NCBI GenBank assembly: GCA_964550025.1
Contig: CAZJYI010000021.1
Coordinates: 1 to 64,000 of the forward strand
Origin: an uncultured Victivallales bacterium
GTDB lineage: Bacteria; Verrucomicrobiota; Kiritimatiellia; UBA8416; CAYOBW01
Length of the DNA stretch: 64,000 nt
Direction: 5' to 3'
Below are positions 18,195-26,608 of the stretch, piece by piece; position 1 is the first letter of the stretch; each line of letters begins with the position of its first letter. A program made the translations under genes and the position numbers. Under the pieces are notes generated by a model. That model was not told the DNA's origin. It saw nothing but the letters and a program-made list of their open reading frames with translations, and did no database searches.

Positions 18195-18836
18195 ATGACT
18201 GAATGGTGGGAGAGACTGGAGACAATTACGCAAGTCTTCTACTGCCTCGCGGCCTTCTTCAGCGTATTCCTGGCATGGCAGTTGATTGCCGCGCTGATGG
18301 GGCTGGGTGGGGACGAGGCGGACGTCGGTGCCGACACCGACGTGGATGCGGACGTGGATGTGGATGCCGATGGCACGTATGACGACTTCGAGAGCGGCGC
18401 CGAGGCGGACGCCGTCGAGACGCTCGACGCGTTCCGGTTGGTCAGTATCCGTTCGGTTGTCGCATTCTGTACCCTGTTCACCTGGGCGATGGCGTTGTTC
18501 CTCGACCAGGGGCATTCGCTGTCGCGCTGCATGGGTTACGCGACCGGATGGGGCGCGGCCGGGATGCTCGGCGTCGCGCTCATTCTCTGGAGCATGAAGA
18601 AGCTCACGCACACGGGGACCAAGAATCTGGCGACTTGCGTTGGTACGGACGGAACGGTGTACGTGGACATTCCGGAGGGCGGCACAGGGGAGGTGCGCGT
18701 GACGGTAAGCGGCGTGATCTCCTACGTGAAGGCGCGCGCGCTGGGAGGGAAGACGCTGAAGGCCGGGACACCGGTTCGCGTCGAGCGTTGCGTCGGGCAG
18801 ACGATGGTGATGGTAAAGTCGACTGAGGAAGAGTAG
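18195..18836 (+). CDS. YqiJ/NfeD-like (DUF1449) membrane protein, partner of flotillin
   Basis: 213 aa. Two N-terminal TM helices, D/E-rich linker, C-terminal OB-like GEVRVTVSGVISYVKARA. Size and position match the E. coli yqiJ-yqiK arrangement. Confidence 0.6.
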   Translation: MTEWWERLETITQVFYCLAAFFSVFLAWQLIAALMGLGGDEADVGADTDVDADVDVDADGTYDDFESGAEADAVETLDAFRLVSIRSVVAFCTLFTWAMALFLDQGHSLSRCMGYATGWGAAGMLGVALILWSMKKLTHTGTKNLATCVGTDGTVYVDIPEGGTGEVRVTVSGVISYVKARALGGKTLKAGTPVRVERCVGQTMVMVKSTEEE

Positions 18837-18871
18837 CCCCGCGAAACGGGCAGAAAGGAAGGAGGAAGCGG

Positions 18872-20392
18872 ATGAATGGGTTGTACATGGAAACGTTCCT
18901 GACAGTGGCCCAGGCGGCCACGCGGACGAGAGGAGGGCTGCATCCTGCAGTGCCGATCCTGACGATCCTGCTCGGGATCATCATTTTCGTCATCATCATG
19001 ACCATGTTCAGGCGCTACAAGCGCTGCCCCTCGAACAAGATCCTGGTGATCTACGGTAAGACAGGAAGCGGAGCGGCGCGGTGCGTGCACGGTGGCGCCG
19101 CCTTCGTCTGGCCGCTGATTCAGGCCTACGACTACCTGGACCTCGAGCCGTTCGTCGTGCCGATCGACCTTAAGAGCGCACTCTCGATGGAGAACATCCG
19201 CGTCAGTGTGCCGACCACGGTGACAGCGGCCGTCTCCAACGAGCCCGGCATCATGCAGAACGCGGCGATTCGTTTGCTCGGGCTCTCGGGCAGTGACATT
19301 CACGGCCAGGCGCAGGACATCATCCTGGGCCAGATGCGTGCCGTGATCGCCACGATGCAGATCGAGGAGATCAACCGCGACCGCCAGGCGTTTCTCGGCA
19401 AGGTCAACGACGCCGTGTCCGGCGAGCTCGAGAAGATCGGTCTCGCACTGATCAATATCAATATCCGAGACATCGAGGACGAGTCCGGGTACATCGTGGC
19501 CCTGGGCCGGCGCGCCGCGGCCGAGGCCATCAACCAGGCCAACATCGACGTGGCCGAGCAGGAGAAGCTCGGGCAGACCGGTGTGGCGGTGCGTAGTCGC
19601 GACCAGCGCGTAGCCGTGGCCGCGGCGACGGCCGAAGCCGAGATCGGTGAGGCCACCGCGGACCGCGACAAGCGTAGTCAGTCCGCCGACCTGGACGCGC
19701 AGGCCGTTTCGGCCGAAACCGAGGCCGACGCCAAGAAGGCTTCCTACCGCGCCAACCAGCACGTGGCCGAGCAAGAGGCGCGCAACCGTTCCGAATCGGC
19801 GGCACGCCAGGCCGACGGCGCCATTCGCGTGGCGCAGGAAGTGGCGGAGAAGAAGGCGGAAGAAGCACGCGCGGAGCGCGAGACCGCCCGCCTGAACGCC
19901 GAGATCGTCGTGCCCGCGAACGCGGACCGCGAAAGGGTCGTTATCGCCGCCGACGCGAAACGCGAACAGGCCGTTCGCGTTGCGCAAGGTGAAGCCGAGG
20001 CCGTGCTGCTGAAGATGGAGGCCGAAGGTAAAGGTGTGCAGGCTATCCTCGACGGCAAGGCCGCCGGTTATCGCGGCCTGGTTTCGGCCTGCGCCACGGC
20101 CCCGCAGGCGGCCTCGCTCCTGCTCATCGAAAAGCTGCAGGAGATTGCCAAGGTCCAGGCCCAGGCGATCCAGGACCTGCCGATCGAGAAGGTCGTGGTC
20201 TGGGACGGCGGCAATGGCGGCGACGGGAGCGGCCTGTCCGGACTGGGCGGCCGCCTCATGGGCGCCCTGCCGCCCATGCACGAGCTCGCAAAGCAGGTCG
20301 GCCTCGAAATGCCGGACTACCTCGGCAAAATGAAAGACGAGGGGCCCCCGGCCGAGACCGGCGGTGGCGAGGAAGTGCTGAAGAAGACGTAG
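18872..20392 (+). CDS. Flotillin-family (SPFH/band 7) protein
   Basis: 506 aa. N-terminal TM, SPFH core, long Ala/Glu-rich coiled coil (AEAEIGEATADRDKR...). RBS ggaaggaggaagcgg precedes the ATG. Confidence 0.85.
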   Translation: MNGLYMETFLTVAQAATRTRGGLHPAVPILTILLGIIIFVIIMTMFRRYKRCPSNKILVIYGKTGSGAARCVHGGAAFVWPLIQAYDYLDLEPFVVPIDLKSALSMENIRVSVPTTVTAAVSNEPGIMQNAAIRLLGLSGSDIHGQAQDIILGQMRAVIATMQIEEINRDRQAFLGKVNDAVSGELEKIGLALININIRDIEDESGYIVALGRRAAAEAINQANIDVAEQEKLGQTGVAVRSRDQRVAVAAATAEAEIGEATADRDKRSQSADLDAQAVSAETEADAKKASYRANQHVAEQEARNRSESAARQADGAIRVAQEVAEKKAEEARAERETARLNAEIVVPANADRERVVIAADAKREQAVRVAQGEAEAVLLKMEAEGKGVQAILDGKAAGYRGLVSACATAPQAASLLLIEKLQEIAKVQAQAIQDLPIEKVVVWDGGNGGDGSGLSGLGGRLMGALPPMHELAKQVGLEMPDYLGKMKDEGPPAETGGGEEVLKKT

Positions 20393-20403
20393 AGAACAGC
20401 CGC

Positions 20404-20633
20404 AGAGTAACGCTGAATGCTGAAGTGGGAGCGATCCCACTTCGGCATTCTCGTCTTCTGGGGACCTCTCTGTCGAAATGTAGCCACGAGCGTGAGCGAG
20501 TGGACGGGTGACGGGGTTGGTTCAGCGGCATGTCCACTCGCTCACGCTCGTGGCTACTCTCGGTGCTGAAAGTCTGACTTCAGCATTCATCATTCGATAT
20601 TCAACATTCAACATTCGACATTTCCCTCCTCCC
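20404..20633 (+). repeat. Palindromic repeat element, copy 1, with nested 26-bp perfect inverted repeat and a terminator-like hairpin
   Basis: Arms AACGCTGAATGCTGAAGTG ... CTTCAGCATTCA..ATTCAACATTCGACATTTCCC. Hairpin gaatgctgaagtggga(gcga)tcccacttcggcattc at ~20415-20450 just after the flotillin stop. Perfect inverted repeat GTAGCCACGAGCGTGAGCGAGTGGAC at 20481-20506 and 20532-20557. Confidence 0.6.
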
Positions 20634-20673
20634 CCGTGCCTTTTTCATTGCCCCCGGCGCTCCTCTCTCCTAT

Positions 20674-21387
20674 ATGTACCGGCCACACGACGGGAGGAGG
20701 CGTACGTTGACGGACGGTTCACAACCATTCACGAGGACGGATTTTGATCGTAGCGCGTTGCCGGTGCTGCACCGGGGGCGGTGGGCCAACCCCGATCTGC
20801 TCAAGTTCCGCCAGAACGGCAGGATCTGGGTGATCAAGGACTTTGGCGCGCGTCCGTGGGTGGTGCGCAACACCATCGGCCGCTTCATGGTGCGCCGCGA
20901 GATGGCTGCGCTGCGCAGGCTCGAAGGCGTCGAGGGGATGCCGCGTTTGCCTTTCCGGCTCGATGCGTTTGCGCTCTGTTACCTCTTCGAGCTCGGCGCG
21001 GATCTCAAGCACGCCGACTCGGACTGGTTCAGCGAGGAGTACTTCGTACGCCTCGAAACGCTGGTGCGCGAGATGCACGCGCGGGGCGTGGTGCACCTCG
21101 ACCTGCGGCACGGCACCAACATCCTGATTACCGAGGACCGCGAGCCCGTGCTGATCGATTTCCAGTCCATGCTCTTCCTCGAACGGGTTCCACGATGCCT
21201 GCACGCACTGATGAAGGACGTTGACCTTTCCGGTGTCTACAAAGAGTGGTTCCGCAAGCTCCCCGGTACGTTGGGGGACGAACGCACGGCCGCGCTGGAG
21301 CGGATGCGGCGAAAACGGCGCTTGTGGATACTGAAGGGCTACTCCATATTTGGGGTGAAGAAGCGGACGGCTGAAGACGATATCTAG
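20674..21387 (+). CDS. Lipopolysaccharide kinase (Kdo/WaaP/RIO-like) family protein
   Basis: 237 aa. WVIKDF, then VVHLDLRHGTNILIT...PVLIDFQS catalytic/Mg-binding-like motifs of the LPS-kinase family. Confidence 0.55.
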   Translation: MYRPHDGRRRTLTDGSQPFTRTDFDRSALPVLHRGRWANPDLLKFRQNGRIWVIKDFGARPWVVRNTIGRFMVRREMAALRRLEGVEGMPRLPFRLDAFALCYLFELGADLKHADSDWFSEEYFVRLETLVREMHARGVVHLDLRHGTNILITEDREPVLIDFQSMLFLERVPRCLHALMKDVDLSGVYKEWFRKLPGTLGDERTAALERMRRKRRLWILKGYSIFGVKKRTAEDDI

Positions 21388-21439
21388 AGGGCATCCGAAA
21401 GGGTCCGGAGAGTAATCCCGCCACGATTCCCCCTAATAT

Positions 21440-21640
21440 GGGCGTAAATTCGAATCTCGAAATCTCCGCCGCTGGCGGAAAACAAATCCGAATCTCAAAA
21501 GGGGGGAAACATGGGAGAACGGGAAAGAAGACGCAGAATTCTCTCTCCGTTTCGGTCATTTGGGTTTTCAGATTTCGAATTTGTTTCGGATTTCGATATT
21601 CGGATTCCGGGTTTGTGCTACACACACCCCTCCGACCTAG
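21440..21640. repeat. AT-rich intergenic region with GATTTCGAA/AATCTCGAAATC-type short repeats
   Basis: aaattcgaatctcgaaatctcc ... cagatttcgaatttgtttcggatttcgatattcggattcc. Related to the AGATCTC/AGATTTC heptamer family at 31950 and 53139. Confidence 0.45.
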
Positions 21641-21653
21641 CGAGGTGTTCTCT

Positions 21654-22250
21654 ATGACTGACGGCGCAATGTCGCGTATACACGCTCTGTTCAATAGTCC
21701 TTCCCTCCGGCGCTTCCTCGTCAAGGGCAGGGGCGTCCTGACGCTTGCCATCGGCGCGTTGGTGATCGTCAACGCGAAGCCGGCCCTATTCTGGTGGGGA
21801 CTGGGCGTTTCGGCCTTTGGCGAGCTGGGCCAGCTTTGGTGTTTCGCTTCGCTCAAGAAGCAGAAGATCCTGGCAACCCGCGGACCGTACGTGCTGATGC
21901 GGAACCCCATGTACATCGCCCGGTACTTCCTCATTCTCGGTTGTCTCATCCTTCTGGGGAGCCCCGTGAACCCCTGGCTGGCCGCGGCATACACCGTGCT
22001 CTACTACTTCTACATGGCCAACAGGGTGAAACGCGAAGAGCGCAAGCTGGTGACGATCTTCGGTGAAGACTACGAGCGGTATTGCCGCGAGACCAACCGC
22101 TTTCTGCCCACGCTGCGCAACCGCAAATGGCGCGATGTCTGGTTCTTCAAGTGGGCCCTCCTTGTCGGCAACCACGGCGTATGGAACGCCGTCGGCCTCC
22201 TCGCCTTCTACGCCGCCGCGTACGTGTACCTGTTTGTGTACCTGGGGTGA
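21654..22250 (+). CDS. Isoprenylcysteine carboxyl methyltransferase (ICMT) / phospholipid methyltransferase family membrane protein
   Basis: Start MTDGAMSR by codon arithmetic. GPYVLMRNPMYIARYFLILG and RVKREERKLVTIFGEDYERY are typical of ICMT/PEMT-family enzymes. The track ORF begins earlier at 21438. Confidence 0.75.
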   Translation: MTDGAMSRIHALFNSPSLRRFLVKGRGVLTLAIGALVIVNAKPALFWWGLGVSAFGELGQLWCFASLKKQKILATRGPYVLMRNPMYIARYFLILGCLILLGSPVNPWLAAAYTVLYYFYMANRVKREERKLVTIFGEDYERYCRETNRFLPTLRNRKWRDVWFFKWALLVGNHGVWNAVGLLAFYAAAYVYLFVYLG

Positions 22251-22320
22251 GTACGAGTACGGCCCGGAACCTGACGCGCGCATGGATACGACGCTGGTGG
22301 CGGGGGAAGGAGAAACCGCA

Positions 22321-22436
22321 GAATGATGAACGCTGAATGATGAATGCTGAAGTGCGAGACCTGTCTCCGTGCGTGCCCTTCCCCTCTCACTTCGACATTG
22401 AGCATTCAGCGTTCAATATTCGACATTTCCCCTCCC
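22321..22436 (+). repeat. Palindromic repeat element, copy 2
   Basis: GAACGCTGAATGATGAATGCTGAAGTG...CACTTCGACATTGAGCATTCAGCGTTCAATATTCGACATTTCCCCTCCCC. Same arms and tail as copy 1, direct orientation. Confidence 0.6.
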
Positions 22437-22567
22437 CAAGAACGCCCGCCCGCCGTACGCACCGCTATCCCGCTGTTTCTTTCTCTTCCCTGTAACCCCC
22501 CGCTCCTCCCCTGCGTATACAGGGGCAGAGAGTACAACCGGGACCGAGCAAACCGAAGGAGGACGAC

Positions 22568-23521
22568 ATGAGGGGTATGAAGACACTGTTGGTGGGAGCG
22601 AGCATCGCGGCCGTGGTCACGCAGGTGATGGCGGGACAGTACAAGAGCTCGGATATCAGCAGCGACGCAAAGTGGGTGGTGCATGCGGATCTTGCTCAGC
22701 TTCGCGCCACGCAATTCGGCGGACACCTGTTGGAGAAGATGCGCTCGGAAGATGCGCAGAACAGGTTCGCGGCATTCCAGGCCATATTCAACTTCGATCC
22801 CCGTACCGATCTCGACGGTCTGACACTCTATGGCTACGGCAAGACCAAGCAGAAGGACGGCGTGTTGATCGCCAAGGGGCGTTTTGATGGTGAGCGGCTG
22901 GTGACCCTCGTAAAGGCCAACGAGACCTACGAACCCCATTCCCTCGGCGGTTTCACCGTCCATAGCTGGATCGACAAAAAAGAGGCCGCCAAGGCGGCGG
23001 TGCAGGGATGCGATCCGAAACGCTCCTACGGGTGTGTCTACGCCGACGGTGTCATCCTTATCAGCGACAGTTGCGAGAACGTCGGCAAGGCCATCGAGGT
23101 GCTTGCGGGAAGGGCGACCTCGCTGCAGCAGGAGAATCCACTGGGGATTCAGCCGCCCGCGGCCGGCTTTCTGACCGCCACGGCCATCACGTCGAAGATG
23201 AAGAACGTCGATCCCAAGGCGGCCATCCTGAAGCGTGCCAACGGCCTGTCGCTCAGCCTGGGCGAGGTGGACGGACTGATGTCCGGGACCTTTGTCCTGG
23301 ATGCCCATGACGCCAGGGCCGTCACCAACTTGAAGAAGATCGTGGACGGCATGATCGGGTTGGCGCTCTTGAACGAGGAAACAAACCCGGGTGCGGCGAA
23401 ACTGGCAGAGGCAGCCTCGGTGCAGTTGACCGGCACGCGCCTGCAGATAACGCTGGCCGCCCCCGTGGAAGACATGATTAGATGTGCAGAGGAAAAGGCG
23501 GCGCAAAAGAAGAGACCTTGA
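22568..23521 (+). CDS. Secreted hypothetical protein
   Basis: 317 aa, signal peptide MKTLLVGASIAAVVTQVMA, no recognisable motif. RBS aaggagga upstream. Confidence 0.5.
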   Translation: MRGMKTLLVGASIAAVVTQVMAGQYKSSDISSDAKWVVHADLAQLRATQFGGHLLEKMRSEDAQNRFAAFQAIFNFDPRTDLDGLTLYGYGKTKQKDGVLIAKGRFDGERLVTLVKANETYEPHSLGGFTVHSWIDKKEAAKAAVQGCDPKRSYGCVYADGVILISDSCENVGKAIEVLAGRATSLQQENPLGIQPPAAGFLTATAITSKMKNVDPKAAILKRANGLSLSLGEVDGLMSGTFVLDAHDARAVTNLKKIVDGMIGLALLNEETNPGAAKLAEAASVQLTGTRLQITLAAPVEDMIRCAEEKAAQKKRP

Positions 23522-23564
23522 TTGCCGACCCACGGCGGGGTCCGTGAACGCGGGGTGACACCCA

Positions 23565-24194
23565 GTGCAAGATGGGCAGAAGAACCTCACCGACGAGGAG
23601 CTCGCCCGGGATGCCCGGGCGGGGTCCGAGTCGGCGTTTGAGCAGCTCGTGTACCGCTACGAAGAACGTATCTTCCACTTTCTGATGCGTAAGACCGGCA
23701 ACGCACACGACGCCGAGGACCTGACCCAGCAGGCATTCGTCAAAGCGTACCGGGCGCTTGGGCGGTACGACGCGAAATACCGTTTTTCCGCTTGGTTCTA
23801 CACCATCGCGAGCCGTCTGGCGGTGAGCCACTACCGGTCGCGCAGAACCGTGCCGGTGGCTCCGGACAGCATCGAGGAAGTGGACGTTCGGACACCGGAC
23901 GCCGACCTGTCGGAGCGCGAATCCGAAGGGCGGCTGTGGGATTGGGCGCGTGTGCGCTTGCGGGAAAACGAGTTCACGGCGCTATGGCTGCGGGTCAGGG
24001 AAGACCTGTCCGTGGCGGAGATTGCGGGGGCGATGCAGAAGACGCGGGGCCACGTCAAGGTCCTGCTCTTCCGGGGGCGTCGCCGACTGGTGAGAGCCTG
24101 GGGACAGGGGGTCGAAAACGATGCCGTGCACGGGACATTCCTGCCGGCCGGGGGCCTGGCAACGGGTATTGCACAAGGAGGTGAGGCAGGATGA
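23565..24194 (+). CDS. ECF-type RNA polymerase sigma factor (sigma-70 family group 4)
   Basis: Region 2 FEQLVYRYEERIFHFL...DAEDLTQQAF and region 4 LSVAEIAGAMQKTRGHVKVLLFRGRRRL. Confidence 0.85.
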   Translation: MQDGQKNLTDEELARDARAGSESAFEQLVYRYEERIFHFLMRKTGNAHDAEDLTQQAFVKAYRALGRYDAKYRFSAWFYTIASRLAVSHYRSRRTVPVAPDSIEEVDVRTPDADLSERESEGRLWDWARVRLRENEFTALWLRVREDLSVAEIAGAMQKTRGHVKVLLFRGRRRLVRAWGQGVENDAVHGTFLPAGGLATGIAQGGEAG

Positions 24195-24703
24195 CATGCC
24201 GAGTCTTTCAATGGTTGATTTCGCTGGCGCGCGACCGCGGTCGAGAGCCTGCTCCGTTTGTACGGCGGCACGTGGCTGACTGTGCCGAATGCCGCGCGTT
24301 TTCGCGAGAGTGCGCGGCGATGGAAGAGAAGCTGCGCACGGAGTTCGAGCGAGTGCATGGCGCCACGCCGCCGACGCTGCATTCCGGGATCATGCGCGCC
24401 GTGCGGACCTCCGTGCCGGAGCCGGTCACGGAAGCGATTGCGGCGCCGCTGTGGCGGTTCGCGGCCGTTCTTGGTGTGGCCCTTGTGCTCGTATATGCGG
24501 CCTCTGTCGTACAGCCCCGCCGGGGGAGTGAGGTGGCTGCGGAAGACGAGCCCGCCGTGCTGGCGCAGGTGCACTCCCAGCTCAGTTCCGCGGCGATCGA
24601 GGCCCCGGCGCTGGTCTCCGCGCCGATGGAACAGGAAGTGCAGAACCTGGAGGACGACGTTCGCAGGACCACCGAGTACCTCCTGGCCCAGCTTTCGTAC
24701 TGA
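24191..24703 (+). CDS. Anti-sigma factor, zinc-finger (HxxxCxxC) type with one TM helix
   Basis: ATGA overlap with the sigma gene. RRHVADCAEC motif, then TM LWRFAAVLGVALVLVYAA. Confidence 0.65.
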   Translation: MTCRVFQWLISLARDRGREPAPFVRRHVADCAECRAFSRECAAMEEKLRTEFERVHGATPPTLHSGIMRAVRTSVPEPVTEAIAAPLWRFAAVLGVALVLVYAASVVQPRRGSEVAAEDEPAVLAQVHSQLSSAAIEAPALVSAPMEQEVQNLEDDVRRTTEYLLAQLSY

Positions 24704-24823
24704 CAGTATCGGCCCCGCCATCGGTCCCATCCGTCCCATCATACCTCTGCCCCGGAAGCCGTGATCAGCGTCCTCGCATTCCTGCTCTCGATACGCTAAC
24801 TTGCGAGAAGGAGGTGTATCGTC

Positions 24824-26560
24824 ATGAGCGGTAAGGACGTCTTTTTCCTTGTCTTTGCGGTTCTCGGCGGCCTGGCGCTCTTCGTGTTCGGAATGAACAT
24901 CATGACCGAGGGGTTGCGCGTGGCGGCCGGTGAGCGTCTGCGCGGCATCCTTTCCAGGGCCGGGCGACGCCGTCTCGTAGGGCTGGCGATCGGAACAGGG
25001 TTGGGTGTTCTGGTGCACAGCAGTGCGGCGACGGTGATGCTGGTCGGTTTCGTCAGTGCGGGGCTGATGACGCTTGCCGAGACGGTGCCCGTTATTCTTG
25101 GCGCCAACATCGGAACGACGATCTCCATGCAGGCCGTGTCGCTCAAATTGGGCGCCTACTGCTACGTTGCGATCACGCTGGGACTGGTCCTGATGCTGGC
25201 CGGGCGTTCGCGAAGAGCAAAGAACCTCGGTCGTGCCGTTCTCGGCTTCGGCTTGCTGTTCCTCGGCATGAACACCATGAGCGATGCCATCGGGCCGCAC
25301 AAGGAGGCCCTGGCGCCGTTCCTTGCGCAGATCGACGGCTCGACGCTGTCCGGCGTGCTGGCGGGTGTCGGCATGTCGGCGGCCCTGACCGCAATCTGGC
25401 AGAGCAGCGGCGCAACGGTGGGCCTGTGTTTCGCGCTCACCACCGCCGGTGTCTTCACGCGGATGGAGCAGATTCTTCCGGTTGTTCTGGGGGCGCACAT
25501 CGGGACCTGCGCGACGGCGCTCCTGGGCAGCGTCGGCACGCACATCGAGGCCCGGCGGTGCGCCGTGGCACACCTGGTATTCAACCTGTTCAACGTCGCG
25601 TTGGCCGTTGCCTGCCGCGGGTACCTGTACCGCTTGTTGCCGCTGACGGGGGGCGACCTGGTGCGCCAGACGGCCAACCTGCACACCATCGTTATGGTTG
25701 CCGGCGCGCTGCCGCTTCTGCCGCTGTCAGGCTTGTATGCCCGTTGCATTCGGCTGGTTGCCTATTCGCGCAAGCCGCTTCCCGAAAAGAGCTTCCTCGA
25801 TCCGGGTCTGCTCGCGATGCCGGAACGCGCCCTGGCGGCGTGCGTGCGCGAGCTTCAGCGGGTTTCCGCCGTGTGCGGCCGCAGCCTGCGGCTCGTGGCC
25901 AACGTGATGTTCTTCGATTACAAGCGCCGTACTGTGATGGCCGTACAGCAGAACGAGATGGTCATCGATGAGATCAAGCTCGCCATGCGGGGCTACCTGT
26001 CTCATATGACATCGCGCTACCTGTCGCGCAGGCAGAGCATCCTGCTGCAGCATGCCGACCGTTGCATAACGGAACTGGAGCGGATCGGCGATCACATCAA
26101 GTCCGTTTCAACCCTGTCGTTGCTGAGGGAGAAGGACCGGCAGGCCTTGCTGCAGAGGGAGCTGTTGGAGAAGCTCTTTGCGTTGTACGAGGCGGCACGG
26201 GCAGTGTTGGCCGCTCTGACCGAGTCATTGGACGTGGACCGGGAACAGTTTGCCGAGCTGGCGCAAAAGGTCCTCGATGCGAGGTCCGTATACGTGGAGC
26301 GCAGCATCGAGGCCAAGGCCGTGTTCGCGGACTGCGCCGCCCGTCACACCATTCCGGCGATTTCCGGCGTGTACCTGGCCGAGTACACGGCCGCTTTTGA
26401 CCGTCTGGTCGATCACGCGCGCAACATCGCCTTCATCGAACGCAATCCCGATTTCCGCATCAAGCACAGCAAGCTCGAACGCGTCGCCGAACCTCCTCCG
26501 CCCACGCCGCCGCCGGAAACGGTGGACCCTAAGGAGTTCCTGGCGAGGTTGGGAGAGTAG
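24824..26560 (+). CDS. Na/Pi cotransporter family protein with C-terminal PhoU-like domain
   Basis: Duplicated GANIGTT-type motifs (ILGANIGTTISM and VLGAHIGTCATA). C-terminal alpha-helical region. RBS gagaaggagg. Confidence 0.85.
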   Translation: MSGKDVFFLVFAVLGGLALFVFGMNIMTEGLRVAAGERLRGILSRAGRRRLVGLAIGTGLGVLVHSSAATVMLVGFVSAGLMTLAETVPVILGANIGTTISMQAVSLKLGAYCYVAITLGLVLMLAGRSRRAKNLGRAVLGFGLLFLGMNTMSDAIGPHKEALAPFLAQIDGSTLSGVLAGVGMSAALTAIWQSSGATVGLCFALTTAGVFTRMEQILPVVLGAHIGTCATALLGSVGTHIEARRCAVAHLVFNLFNVALAVACRGYLYRLLPLTGGDLVRQTANLHTIVMVAGALPLLPLSGLYARCIRLVAYSRKPLPEKSFLDPGLLAMPERALAACVRELQRVSAVCGRSLRLVANVMFFDYKRRTVMAVQQNEMVIDEIKLAMRGYLSHMTSRYLSRRQSILLQHADRCITELERIGDHIKSVSTLSLLREKDRQALLQRELLEKLFALYEAARAVLAALTESLDVDREQFAELAQKVLDARSVYVERSIEAKAVFADCAARHTIPAISGVYLAEYTAAFDRLVDHARNIAFIERNPDFRIKHSKLERVAEPPPPTPPPETVDPKEFLARLGE

Positions 26561-26608
26561 CAGGAACGGGGCCTCGTACGTGGCAAATCCGCTCGCCCAC
26601 GCTCGCGG

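Noticed and set aside
20508-20747. 79-aa plus-strand ORF starting inside the 26-bp inverted repeat
   Set aside because: Spans palindromic non-coding sequence and runs into the LPS-kinase gene region. No support.
23831-25684. 617-aa minus-strand ORF
   Set aside because: Antisense to the sigma/anti-sigma and Na/Pi cotransporter genes. Low-complexity.
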